In this document: positions 17,776 to 28,500 of the stretch, piece by piece | Layout: the number at the start of each line of letters is the position of its first letter | Position numbering within the stretch: the stretch's first letter is position 1 | DNA from: a virus | Lineage: Duplodnaviria; Caudoviricetes | Direction: 5' to 3' (one strand) | IMG/VR virus record: IMGVR_UViG_3300031673_000339 | Coordinates: 1 to 29,874 of that record | DNA: 29,874 nucleotides | Notes under the pieces: model-generated | The model's database searches: none | Told to the model about the DNA's origin: nothing | The model's input: only the letters and a program-made list of their open reading frames with translations | Made by a program: the position numbers and the translations under genes

Positions 17776-18366
17776 TTGGCAATTACAAGAACATTACAAG
17801 ACCTTCAAAACCTCACATTAAAACTCATCAATTCATATTCAAGTGATGGTATACCTCTAGTAGTAGCAGATAATGCTGATATACTTCAACTCGTCAATGA
17901 TTATCTCAATATAGCTTATTATGAATTTGCTCACCTAGATAAAATCATGGTGTCAAAAGACTACACGGCAGCAGATGAGACAATTAGACCAGACGGAGTA
18001 ACTAAATCCTATATTCTGCCTGCTGATTATTTGGACTTCTATAAATTTGAATACAATACGATTGACCAAGAGATAACTGATTTTGATATTAGGGGTAATC
18101 TTTTATTAGCTAAGACCACCACAGACCCCATCACTCTATGGTATTACAAACTACCGGACAGATTGGCTATACTCACAGATATTCCATTAATCAGAGCGCA
18201 ATATCACGATGCATTAGCCTATTTCCCTGCTGGTAAGTGGTTACATCAAAACGGAAGGCAAGCAGATGGAATTGACTTGCTTGTGCTATATAACGATGCT
18301 AAGGATGCGGTTATTCCTGCCAGAAACAAGGGAATCAAGAAAATACGCAATGTTACGGGGTGGTAA
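17776..18366 (+). CDS. Head-tail adaptor (podovirus tail tubular A / P22 gp4-like)
   Basis: YILPADYL, LWYYKLP and PLIRAQYHDALAY pattern; position before the nozzle gene. TTG 17776 follows an AAGGGG RBS. Confidence 0.75.
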   Translation: MAITRTLQDLQNLTLKLINSYSSDGIPLVVADNADILQLVNDYLNIAYYEFAHLDKIMVSKDYTAADETIRPDGVTKSYILPADYLDFYKFEYNTIDQEITDFDIRGNLLLAKTTTDPITLWYYKLPDRLAILTDIPLIRAQYHDALAYFPAGKWLHQNGRQADGIDLLVLYNDAKDAVIPARNKGIKKIRNVTGW

Positions 18367-18367
18367 A

Positions 18368-20191
18368 ATGCCTTTAAAGCAGAATCATAGAAGAACAAAT
18401 ACTGCAGGGAAAATAACTTATGCTGATTTTTCAGGTGGGTTAAATTATCGTGACAATCCTTCTCTGATTGCACCTAACCAAACGCCAGAGGCCCAAAACG
18501 TTCGTGTTCGTGATGGCACGATAGGCAAAAGAACAGGCTATAAGCGTCTTTATCCCATCTCACTTGGACCCGGTAAAATAAACGGCATATCTCCCTACAT
18601 CAAGGCAAACGGTGTAAAATACCGCCTCGTCGCACACTCAACAAACTTATATACTCAATCTGCGAATAACCAGCCTGTTTTGATTAAAAGTGGTCTTGCT
18701 AGTGCTAAGGCTTCTTTTTTTGTACTATCTGACGTTCTCTACATGAAGAATGGAACTGACTTCATTTCCTATAATGGAACAACTGTAGCAAATGTAGCGA
18801 CAACATCCTATAATCCAACTATTTTGGTTGGCAGGAGTCCAAGTGGCTCACCTAATATGGGAACAGTGTTTGAGAGGTTTAACCTTTTTAGTGCAGGATT
18901 CAAAATATCCTTTTCGTCTGATGGCGCAGCGACTGTCTATAAGTTACCCTACACAAATTTGGACATAAATCTAATTGTTGTAGTAGTGAATGGTGTAACA
19001 AAAACGTTAACAACTGACTACACAGTAAATTTTACAACAGGCGAGATTACGTTTGTTGTAGCTCCAACCATCGGCACAAACAATGTCACTATTACAGCCT
19101 ACAAGGCATCTCTAACCCATCCTGAGTACATCGCACAGTGCACAGTCGCGGAAGTTTACGGTGGAAAAACTTCTGCTACTGTATTCCTCTCAGGCAATCC
19201 AAACTTTCCTGACCAAGTATGGCACTCGCGGTTATATGGTTCAAACTATAATGCGGATTACTTTCCAGATGATGCTTGGCAAAAGGTAACCGGAAATGTC
19301 TCAGGACTAGCACATATTTTTGACCTTCTCTATGTGTCACATAGTAATGGACATGGATACTTCTCTTATTTAGATGGAGAGACATACCCAATATTTCCTT
19401 ATGTCGATATCAATATGGAAAAAGGAAGCGACATACCAGGTTCGATTCAGGAAATTGATAATACAGTTGTATGCGCTTCTTCTGTCAATGGCGTCCTACA
19501 AGTATCAAGCAACACAACAGTCAACAACAGACTATCTGTCAATGACGTTAGTAATCTCATCGACAAAGCAGGGGTTGAACGCCAAGACCTTGGTTTACTT
19601 CGACAAGCAAATTTAACAGCAGCAGTAAGTTACAACTTCGATAACTATTATGGGTTGTGTGTTAACAATATTTGCTACGTTTGGGATTGTAAGTCAAATA
19701 CGTGGCTTTATGACACAAATATTCCGGCGTCATGTTTTGCTGAGATTGATGGTACTCTTTGCTTTGGGAGTAATACGGATGGGTTGGTTTATCAGTTCGA
19801 TCCACTCATGGCCAATGATGATGGTGTGTCGATTGATGCTTGGTACACAACTCGTGTAGAGGATGCAGGAACTCCAACGTGGGTTAAGGTAGTCAACCGT
19901 CTCAATCTGACAGCTAAACCCATGAATAGGGGTTTTATTAGTGTACTATTTTTATCTCGCCAAGGAGTTGCAGATATTGCCTTAAATATGCAAACTAATG
20001 CTTTTAACTATGCAGATTTTTCTTATGTGAATTTCACTTACTCAACGACATTCTTCCCTGTAGTTAAACGAAAACGCATGTCAAAAAGAGCTAATTACTT
20101 TCAATTTAGGTTTAGAAATAACACTTTAGATGAAGGAATGTCAGTTGTATCGCTAGAAGTTGAATATGACCAGGGCAGTGAAATGAGATGA
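18368..20191 (+). CDS. Tail nozzle / DNA-stabilisation protein (P22 gp10 / T7 gp12-like beta-propeller)
   Basis: N-terminal DFSGGLN...AQNV...GTIGKRTG; repeated beta-blade pattern; inserted VVVNGV...DYTV...ITFVVAP domain. ATG 18368 follows the adaptor stop. Confidence 0.78.
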   Translation: MPLKQNHRRTNTAGKITYADFSGGLNYRDNPSLIAPNQTPEAQNVRVRDGTIGKRTGYKRLYPISLGPGKINGISPYIKANGVKYRLVAHSTNLYTQSANNQPVLIKSGLASAKASFFVLSDVLYMKNGTDFISYNGTTVANVATTSYNPTILVGRSPSGSPNMGTVFERFNLFSAGFKISFSSDGAATVYKLPYTNLDINLIVVVVNGVTKTLTTDYTVNFTTGEITFVVAPTIGTNNVTITAYKASLTHPEYIAQCTVAEVYGGKTSATVFLSGNPNFPDQVWHSRLYGSNYNADYFPDDAWQKVTGNVSGLAHIFDLLYVSHSNGHGYFSYLDGETYPIFPYVDINMEKGSDIPGSIQEIDNTVVCASSVNGVLQVSSNTTVNNRLSVNDVSNLIDKAGVERQDLGLLRQANLTAAVSYNFDNYYGLCVNNICYVWDCKSNTWLYDTNIPASCFAEIDGTLCFGSNTDGLVYQFDPLMANDDGVSIDAWYTTRVEDAGTPTWVKVVNRLNLTAKPMNRGFISVLFLSRQGVADIALNMQTNAFNYADFSYVNFTYSTTFFPVVKRKRMSKRANYFQFRFRNNTLDEGMSVVSLEVEYDQGSEMR

Positions 20192-20259
20192 AGAGGAAAT
20201 CTGGTATATAGCAAAACTATCTTTTTAATACGATCAAGAATCAGAAATGAGGTAATTTT

Positions 20260-22041
20260 ATGGCATTTTTAACAAAAGATATATTCACATTTGACCATAC
20301 AGCACAAGCGGATTATCCACAGTGGGTTCCTTCAACAACAAAAACAAATATGAACGCTAGAGGCGAAGAATTGCGATTAGCCTTAAACGCAGTTGTTAAT
20401 CTTCTCAATGCCACAACAGTTGGGGCAAGCGGAGCGAAGAATATCGCAATGACTCCTATAGCAGTTATTGGAACGCAAGCTGATGTCCAGACTGTAGTCG
20501 AAGCAATTGTAACACGATTACAGGCTGTCACGGCAGGTTTAAGCGGTGCAAAGTTTGTAGGGGTAGAAACTATAGCAGGATTGACAGGGAATGACGTACA
20601 GGTGCTTCTCTCTGCCTTGAAAACCCTGTCCGACACCTATAACACAAATCAGACAGGTGCACTCACGACGCATAAAGCAAGCGCCGATCATGATAGTAGG
20701 TACGCAACGGCAGCACAAGGAACATTAGCGACTAATGCCTTACCAGCAGTTTCATACACAGCAGCAGATGTATTAACAAAGATTAAAACAGTTGATGGGG
20801 CGGGTAGTGGTTTAGATGCAGATTTGCTAGCTGGTCTTGCGCCTACTTCTGCAGCAACAGTTAGCACGATTATGCAACGTGATGCAGCAGGCAGGGCAAA
20901 AGTGGTAGCTCCTTCTGCTGTAGATGATATAGCACGTAAGGATACAGTGGATGCGGTCCAAACTAACCTTGATACGCACAAGACAAGCACAGATCATGAC
21001 GGGAGATATTTCACCGAAGCTGAATTAGGGGCAACAACGGGGGGTGGATTAGTCGGGGCAACCGCACCTAGTGGATTAACGGGAACAACAGTACAGGCGT
21101 TGATTAATGCTTTAAATACCGCAAGTAATACACATATAGCAAATACAACAACAGCGCATGGTGCGACAACATTATCAACAGCCAATACTATAGCTTTGCG
21201 TGATGCCAACGGCAATGTTGTATCGAATTTACCTGTGTCTAGGCAAAATCCAAATCTAGCCTTTAACTCCTCATTTCGTCTTGCATTAGCTGGATGGACA
21301 TTAATAAACAAAGAAGCAAACACAACCGTTACAACTCCATTTGATGCTAATGGTGGGGAAATAGTTTTTACAAGTTCGATTGCAACGACAGACAATAGTT
21401 TTTATGACTCAGCGCCAATTCCAGTCGTAGCGGGGGATATTTATACCTTATCTGTTGAAATGAGTACATTAGGCCAAACAGTAGGGACGGTTCCAAGTAT
21501 GGAAATTGATTGGTACGATGTAGGCAGCGTCTTGCTAAGTGTATCTTATCTAGTTGCGTCAGCAATAGGACTAAATTACACAAAATATTCATTGACAGAT
21601 ACAGCCCCAACAGGCGCGGTTACCTGTAATCTTCGAGTTGTTTATCGGAATACAGTAATTTCCACTTTTACAGGTTTCCGAGAAATTAAGTTTGAGAAGG
21701 GTTCCGTCGCCACAACCTACAGCGATGATAACACACTGAATACGGTGCAGTATGGGAGTGTGCTTCCGTTAGCTCAAATATTAAGCGGAGGGAACAAGAA
21801 GCAATCAGGAACAAGTAGTGTTATTATTACTACAGCAGGTACAGCCGTAGCAGTCACAGTGACATTCGCTGTGCCATTTACGACAGTTCCAACTATTACA
21901 TTAGGAATTACAAGTGCTACGGGTGATGCAGGATACAACAATGTTAGAGCATCAACGGTTAGCACAACAGCAGTGACATTCACAGGAAATAGTTATTTAG
22001 CGCAAACGCTAGGATTCAATTGGGAGGCAACTGGAACTTAA
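20260..22041 (+). CDS. Tail fibre with a CBM-like domain and a C-terminal lectin/gp53-like domain
   Basis: KIKTVDGAGSGLDADLL fibre motif; THK...DHD.RY repeats; PNLAFNSSF...GW...IKFEKGSVATTY carbohydrate-binding-like module; VTFAVPFTTVP...FNWEATG tip. Confidence 0.82.
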   Translation: MAFLTKDIFTFDHTAQADYPQWVPSTTKTNMNARGEELRLALNAVVNLLNATTVGASGAKNIAMTPIAVIGTQADVQTVVEAIVTRLQAVTAGLSGAKFVGVETIAGLTGNDVQVLLSALKTLSDTYNTNQTGALTTHKASADHDSRYATAAQGTLATNALPAVSYTAADVLTKIKTVDGAGSGLDADLLAGLAPTSAATVSTIMQRDAAGRAKVVAPSAVDDIARKDTVDAVQTNLDTHKTSTDHDGRYFTEAELGATTGGGLVGATAPSGLTGTTVQALINALNTASNTHIANTTTAHGATTLSTANTIALRDANGNVVSNLPVSRQNPNLAFNSSFRLALAGWTLINKEANTTVTTPFDANGGEIVFTSSIATTDNSFYDSAPIPVVAGDIYTLSVEMSTLGQTVGTVPSMEIDWYDVGSVLLSVSYLVASAIGLNYTKYSLTDTAPTGAVTCNLRVVYRNTVISTFTGFREIKFEKGSVATTYSDDNTLNTVQYGSVLPLAQILSGGNKKQSGTSSVIITTAGTAVAVTVTFAVPFTTVPTITLGITSATGDAGYNNVRASTVSTTAVTFTGNSYLAQTLGFNWEATGT

Positions 22042-22054
22042 AATGTTTAAAAAG

Positions 22055-22079
22055 AGAGGGAATCAACCCTCTTTTTTTT
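22055..22079 (+). terminator. Intrinsic terminator
   Basis: AGAGGG-AATCAA-CCCTCT followed by a T-run. Confidence 0.8.
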
Positions 22080-22095
22080 ATAAATTTGAAAGGAG

Positions 22096-23835
22096 TTGGA
22101 ACAATTGACCGTTTCATATAGCAATGACGGATCAAGATATACAGTAAGGGATTCAAACGGAAATGTAACAGGAACCTACGATGCAAAAACTAATTCAGGG
22201 CTAGCGGGAACTCAGGGTTCCTCTAATCTTGGCGTGTCTAATGCACAGACAACTACAAACAATAAAGGTCAAACTACAACCCAATTCAATCAAGGAAATT
22301 CTACCTATAACGTTGCACCAGGTTCAATATTTGACCCTCTAAGCCCTAACTATAATGCACAAGTAGCAAACAGCAATGGCAAAATAACTCTTGCAGACCT
22401 AGATCATTCAGGACCAGGAGGATTAAGTCCTGCATATAATGGGACACCTGGAAGTGGGGCTACAAATAGCGCAGGGTATGCAGAGAGAGCAGCGAATGGG
22501 GGATCTGGATACTATGCGCCCGACTCTGCTGGTAATGTTAACATAAGTCCTGCACCAACAAGTTATCAACAACAAACAGTTAGTCAACCACAATATCAAC
22601 AAACAGCTAGTCAACCTGCATCACCACCTGTAGATTACGTTTCCTTGATGAGACAATCTTTAGCCGATCAACAAACTGCACAAACGAATATGTATAATCA
22701 GCAAGCAGCAGATAAAGCTACTAAAATTCGTCAAGCCATAGCAACACAATCTCAACAGGCAGATGCAACTAAAGCGGATTATACTAACCAGATGAATACG
22801 GCTATTGGAACATTAAATACTGAACGAGCTAAAATACCTGGGCAGACAGCAACTTTTAATAATACGGCTTCTTTTCAAGGTATGAATAATGAACGGAATA
22901 CGCGTAATTCCTTAGCTCAAATGGGGTTATTGCAATCAGGAGAAAGTGGATCTCAACAACTCATTAATGATGTAGGGACAGCAAATAGGATTAATGCTAA
23001 TAATCTCCAAGGACAGCAAATTGACACAAACTATGGTAATCAAATTGCTTCGTCTCAAACTGATTTAGCTTCAAAAATTAAGGCAGTTAATGATGCTATG
23101 GCTGTAGCACGGGCAAATGGTGATGAAAATGCTTTAGCAGCCTTAACGTATGCACAAAACCAAATAGCTTTGTCAGCAGCGCAAAATAATGTGAATATGA
23201 ATAACTTCCAATATCAGATCGGTAGGGATACTACAGCAAATAACCAATGGGATAAAACATTTAATCAGAATGTAGCACAGGATAATTTTAATAACAGTAT
23301 TAATGAGGGTCAATTAACTGGTTATTATGGTGGGATACATTATATCAATGGCATTCCGCAAACTCCCACTACATCAAATGACACATATGGCTTACAGTCT
23401 GATGTTAATGCAAACTTAGGGAGGAACGTACAACTCTATACTCCAGGTCAAACCCAATTAGGGGTAGGGGATGTATTCCTTGGCGGTACTGGAACTGGCG
23501 TAACTGATTCTATGCTTAATGGAGCAAGACGCATCTACGGAAATACAGCGCAGGACACAGCAGACGTTTATAATACCTATCTAAGTAATCAAAATTCAGT
23601 ACCTAGACAAGGACAATTGCAAAGTTTACCTGGTAATCCAAATCAACAAAATGTACTAAATACTTCAAACTATAATCCAAATCAGCAAAATACTTTGACA
23701 AATCCTAATAATTCATCTGCATTACCGCCTTCAATTTCTTCACAATACCCCGGTGCTACGAATGTTGTAAAAACGGTTAATGGTTATAAATTTAATACAC
23801 CTGGCGGTGGGCTTGTTTATTATGGCGGACAATGA
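22096..23835 (+). CDS. Putative internal virion (ejection) protein 1; Q/N-rich coiled coil plus CWB2-like module
   Basis: AAGGAG-associated start; LAQMGLLQSGES motif; position after the tail fibre; shares a ~60-aa module with the next two genes. Confidence 0.7.
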   Translation: MEQLTVSYSNDGSRYTVRDSNGNVTGTYDAKTNSGLAGTQGSSNLGVSNAQTTTNNKGQTTTQFNQGNSTYNVAPGSIFDPLSPNYNAQVANSNGKITLADLDHSGPGGLSPAYNGTPGSGATNSAGYAERAANGGSGYYAPDSAGNVNISPAPTSYQQQTVSQPQYQQTASQPASPPVDYVSLMRQSLADQQTAQTNMYNQQAADKATKIRQAIATQSQQADATKADYTNQMNTAIGTLNTERAKIPGQTATFNNTASFQGMNNERNTRNSLAQMGLLQSGESGSQQLINDVGTANRINANNLQGQQIDTNYGNQIASSQTDLASKIKAVNDAMAVARANGDENALAALTYAQNQIALSAAQNNVNMNNFQYQIGRDTTANNQWDKTFNQNVAQDNFNNSINEGQLTGYYGGIHYINGIPQTPTTSNDTYGLQSDVNANLGRNVQLYTPGQTQLGVGDVFLGGTGTGVTDSMLNGARRIYGNTAQDTADVYNTYLSNQNSVPRQGQLQSLPGNPNQQNVLNTSNYNPNQQNTLTNPNNSSALPPSISSQYPGATNVVKTVNGYKFNTPGGGLVYYGGQ

Positions 23836-23847
23836 TACTAGCAATAC

Positions 23848-23876
23848 AAGAGGGCTTTAATAAGCTCTCTTTTCTT
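23848..23876 (+). terminator. Intrinsic terminator
   Basis: AAGAGGGCTT-TAAT-AAGCTCTCTT followed by TTCTT. Confidence 0.7.
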
Positions 23877-23900
23877 ATGACTAAAAGGAGTTGAGGTGAT

Positions 23901-24779
23901 TTGGCAGTTTATGGCGTACAGGCAGATATTAATGCCAATCAGGGTAAAAACGTTAATCTTTATACTCCGGGGAAAACTCGGTTAACTCCACAAGATGTTT
24001 TCTTAGGAGGAACTGGCACAGGTGTTACAGATTCAGTTTTGAATGGAGCAACAAGAGTCTACGGTGACACTGCTCAGGGTACAGCACTTGCCTTTAATGA
24101 TTATAATAAAGACCTTTCTTCCCAAGTTAAATCAGCGATAACCGCCAGCACTGCTCCAAGGATTGATGCTAATAGGGGTGTAGCTACTGCGGCAAGGAAA
24201 GCTATGGAGGCGGGACAGGCGCAAAATGCGATTGATAATCCAATAAGGGCTGCAGAATTTACGGGTATGTTTAATAATGCTCCAACTTTAGCAAAGCAAG
24301 CTCAAGCAATTCAAAATGCTCAATTTAATGCTAATCTAGCACAAGATGAAAGTCAATTTGGAAGGTCTTTATCTTCCAGAAATATGAATAGTGAAGCAGA
24401 TAGGGCAACAAGCAGGGCAACAATTGGAGGTAGTAGCGGAAATGTAAACTCATGGCTACAACAGGCATTAGAAGCAACGGGGCAAGACGCTAGTGTATTG
24501 CCATACTTGGCAACGATTGTCCAGTATGAATCCTCTGGAAATCCTGCGGCAATAAATAACTGGGACAGTAATGCTAAGGCTGGACATCCATCAAAAGGGT
24601 TAATGCAGACGATAGATTCGACCTTTAGTCAATATGCAATGGAGGGTCACAAAGATATATGGAATCCTGTAGACAATGCGATTGCGGCTATTAATTATGC
24701 TGTGTCGAGATATGGAAGCCTTGCCAATGTTCCTGGTATTAAATCCTTGGCAAATGGTGGGGGATATATAGGATATTAA
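23901..24779 (+). CDS. Putative ejection protein 2 with a C-terminal SLT lytic transglycosylase
   Basis: YESSGNP...NWDSNA..GHPSKGLMQTIDSTF...NPVDNAIAAINYAVSRYG SLT motifs; N-terminal shared module. Confidence 0.88.
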   Translation: MAVYGVQADINANQGKNVNLYTPGKTRLTPQDVFLGGTGTGVTDSVLNGATRVYGDTAQGTALAFNDYNKDLSSQVKSAITASTAPRIDANRGVATAARKAMEAGQAQNAIDNPIRAAEFTGMFNNAPTLAKQAQAIQNAQFNANLAQDESQFGRSLSSRNMNSEADRATSRATIGGSSGNVNSWLQQALEATGQDASVLPYLATIVQYESSGNPAAINNWDSNAKAGHPSKGLMQTIDSTFSQYAMEGHKDIWNPVDNAIAAINYAVSRYGSLANVPGIKSLANGGGYIGY

Positions 24780-24791
24780 GGAGGCGATTTT

Positions 24792-25550
24792 ATGGCAGTT
24801 TATGGTTTACAGGCAGATATAAATGCTAATCAGGGCAGAAATGTTAATCTCTATACTCCTGGAAGGACTAAGTTATCCCCTACTGATGTATTTTTAGGTG
24901 GTACGGGAACTGGTGTAAGTGATGCAGAATTAAATGGTGCAGTTCGCGTGTTTGGGGATACTGCTCAAGGTACAGCAATGGCTCTTAATGATTACAACAA
25001 CGACCTCTTTTCTCAAACTAAGGCTGCAATAGCCCAAAATGCTGCTCCAAGGGTAGACGCGAACAGAGGCACTCCAACTTTAGCGAGGCAAGCACAAGAG
25101 ATTCAGCAAGCACAAGGTAAAATTTCTAATGATATGAATGCTGCACAATTAACAGGGATTTACAATAATGCTCCTACTTTAGCTAGACGAGCTCAAGCAA
25201 TTCAAAATGCTCAATTTAACGCTAATCTAGCACAAGATGAAAGTCAGTTTGAGAGAACCTTAGCGTCTGGCGGTGGTAGCAGTGCAGCACAAGTAAAGGC
25301 TAAGAATACAGCCGAAGCTTACGGGGATGTCGATGAGGCTATCCTTCAAGGGACGCCTTGGGAAACGATAAGATCAAATATAGTGAGTAATGCTGCGGGG
25401 TATACGCAAGCAGGACTTAGTTTTACTACTGTTTTGGATTATGTTGAGGCTAAATATAAAGCGGCCCAAGATAATTATGTCGCTTCACAGCCGACATATG
25501 CGGAAAGCAAGGCAAATTCATTAACTAATTCAGCATTCAAGAGATGGTAA
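24792..25550 (+). CDS. Putative ejection protein 3; paralogue of the preceding gene with a different helical C-terminus
   Basis: AAGGAGG RBS; N-terminal ~155 aa align with 23901-24779. Confidence 0.8.
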   Translation: MAVYGLQADINANQGRNVNLYTPGRTKLSPTDVFLGGTGTGVSDAELNGAVRVFGDTAQGTAMALNDYNNDLFSQTKAAIAQNAAPRVDANRGTPTLARQAQEIQQAQGKISNDMNAAQLTGIYNNAPTLARRAQAIQNAQFNANLAQDESQFERTLASGGGSSAAQVKAKNTAEAYGDVDEAILQGTPWETIRSNIVSNAAGYTQAGLSFTTVLDYVEAKYKAAQDNYVASQPTYAESKANSLTNSAFKRW

Positions 25551-25565
25551 AGGGGAGGGATACGG

Positions 25566-28500
25566 ATGTTCGATTTAACTCAACAGGGTGGAAGTAGTAA
25601 GAGGGAGAAACAGAGCTTTAACCCTTATCCTGAGTTTTCATCTTCTTTTTCCCCCGGACCACGTATTGACTCATTGCCAAGGTTTATGGAGCGACAACAA
25701 CCTATTCCGCAACCTTTGCCTATGTCACAAGACCAATGGAAAGCGCAACAACAACAAAGCGCATGGGATAAAATCAAGGCATTCGATATTAAGGGTCTGG
25801 CAGCAGGTCCTTCAACGGTCCGCGACACCAGCGGTGATGCAGGACCAGTCCCTCTTCCTTTTCCGAATTCTGGCGTTAGTAAATTCCTTCAAAGATCAAG
25901 CTGGAACAACAACCCTGCTAACGAGAATCTTCCTAAGCCGGATGCGCCACTTCCTCTACTTGCTGATTTATTCGGAGGAGTACAGCAATTCAGCATGGGT
26001 GGCAAAGGTGGAGTTGGCGCAGTTGGACAAAAAGTATTTGACACTGGTGCAAAAGCTATAGCTGATGTTCCAAGTATTATTAGAGCGGGGAGATCGCTCC
26101 CTGCCTTTTCTAATGCCTTAAGGGTAACCGCTTCAAAGGTAGGTAGCGACCTTCCTTTTAGTGGATCTTCATTAAGTAATACAATGCTGGGCATGGGCGC
26201 AGGGGGCGCGAGTATAACAGCTGCCGACGCATTGGTAAATAACAGGGATTTAACTCTTGAGGAATTAGCTATGAGTGCCGGCACGAATGCCCTCATCGGT
26301 GGAGCATTTCATTTAGGCGGTAAAGGGGTTGAACTAGGGAGTAACAAGTTGGCTGACATTAAGTTAGACAGAAAGATAAATAAATTAATCACCCCTGTAG
26401 AAGTTAACCCTCTTGCTGATGTACAAAACGCGTACAGAACGCCTATTGCGCTTAGAGATGTACAAAGTCAACAAATTAATGATGCCTTTGCGGATACTAC
26501 TAACAACCTGGGACGCATAGGACCCACTCTACCAAGGCAGGGTATGACTCCTGCTGAATTGCTTCAGCAAAAACAAGTCAATGCTCAAAGCGTGTTTGGT
26601 GGTCCTCTTAAGGGCTATAGAGTCAGTAGCGACACACAAGATGCCATAGCAGAAATCACAGCAAAGATGGATAATCAAGTTAATGATGTCACTAAGACAT
26701 TACGACAAATGGATAGTCAAACCTCCGTTGAGACTGTTCGTAGTCAGATTCAGAAGATGGGCGGCATAAAACAGGGGAACGCAGATATATTTGAAGAACA
26801 GAAAGTTATACCGAATTGGATTAGGAATAACCGGACCGGGCAATCGCTTGATAAGGTAGCTGATGAACTGGGAATGACCACAGACGAGCTACTTACCACT
26901 GTAAACTCTGAGAAGTTCAAACCTAAGAATTATGATAGTGAAGCGTCTAAAGTGCTCGCAAATGACCCTGAGTATCAGGCGTTGAGCAATACACTGGATA
27001 TGTTAAAAGAAGGGTTACCACCGAAGAGAACGCTGGCCTCTTTTAAGTCTAAAAGGGTAGGATCTAAGCCGCAATTTGAAACTATGCCTACGGTAGGGAC
27101 TCCACCAGGGAATGTCCCGGATATAAAACCTATGGTACCACAGGAAATAACTATCCCTTTTAGAAAGAACACTGAAAAAGCACCAAAAATAACAAATGAC
27201 AAGTATGCTCAAAGTATAGAACCAAAAGGGGATTATATCAATTTCCACGAACCTAGCTTTGGAACAAGTTTGCCCAATTATGAATATGGGGATATTACAT
27301 TTAAAAACCCTCTGGTAGTGGAATACGGATCAACGGGCCATGGAGGATGGAAAACAAAGCTGTCTGAACAATATGGTGGTAAGAAAGGGAATGCGCTCAC
27401 TAACGCCATTAAGAAAGATGGCTATGACGGAATTATTACAATTGACAAAGGAAAAGAAGTAAGGGAAATTGTAAACATAGGCGGGGTTAAGTCTAACATG
27501 GGGGATCCCATTAGTAATCAAACAGAAGAAGGGTTTTTAAAAGCACTGTCGCCAACTGTGAAAATAACTTCAAATGACGAATTTATACCGAGAGAATTAA
27601 GCAAATCTCAGCCTGTAGAAGCGCAAGTTTATAGAGGGAAAAGTGCTTCTGATTCTGGATATTCTGGTGTTAGCAGATATGGCGAAGGAACTTACTATTC
27701 AAATAGTCCTCAAGTTGCAGACATATTCGCTAAGAATCGCGGAGAAGGAAGTTCTGTAGAGAAATCAACCGTCAGACTAGAGAAACCTTTTATTAATGAA
27801 AGCCTGGACGCAACTTCGCAAGAGTACAAAAATCTTTATGGATTGCTAAAGCAAGAGGGATTAACAGAATACCATGTTAATAAAATTCTTAGTGGTGAAG
27901 ATGTAGCCCCATTCGACGCTATAGCTGAATTATTTACCAAGGGTGATAAGGCTAAAATGTGGGCAGGATCAAATAAAGCGAACGAGTTGATTAAAGAGTC
28001 TGGATATGATGGAATTATTGGTAATAACAGGAATTTACCTGATATGCCAAATCATATTGAGATTGTTAAGTTTGATAAGGTTATTGCATCAAATATCAAT
28101 GATGCCGTAACGGGGGCTCCAATATCTATCAATGCTTTTCATGGTAGCGGTGGGGCCAAAGGACAGACGTACAATGGCTTTGATTCCCCAATTGTGGGGG
28201 AAGGGAAATACTATGCCCTGGATGAGCAAACTGCTAAGAGTTATGGCAAAAAGGTAACTAATGAAACTATTAAATTAGATAATCCAATAGTCATTAAAAA
28301 TGATACTGAATGGAACAATGTTATCCGTGAAGCAAAATTAGAGATGGATAACCCTGCCTATTTTGAAAATGCTACAGACGTTAAGGAGTGGACTGAACAG
28401 CTACAAAGCTATGTCAAGGGGGAAGGACATGATGGGATAGTCCTTAACTTTGACAAAGAAGGGTACAACCCAGGCACGGACACACTATATAATGTGTTTG

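Noticed and set aside
18266-18367. Extended N-terminus of the nozzle gene given by the track
   Set aside because: Overlaps the adaptor gene by ~100 bp; ATG 18368, right after the adaptor stop, is more plausible.
23901-24779. SLT gene as the endolysin
   Set aside because: No adjacent holin; fused to a trunk shared with neighbouring virion-type genes, so more likely an entry muramidase. The lysis cassette is probably right of the window.
24300-25251. Repeat pair as a diversity-generating retroelement TR/VR
   Set aside because: Both copies are mid-gene, the two differences are synonymous (T/C and A/G), and no reverse transcriptase is present in the window.
25588-26061. 157-aa plus-strand ORF in the track
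   Set aside because: Out-of-frame shadow of the giant ORF starting at 25566, which has the strong RBS.
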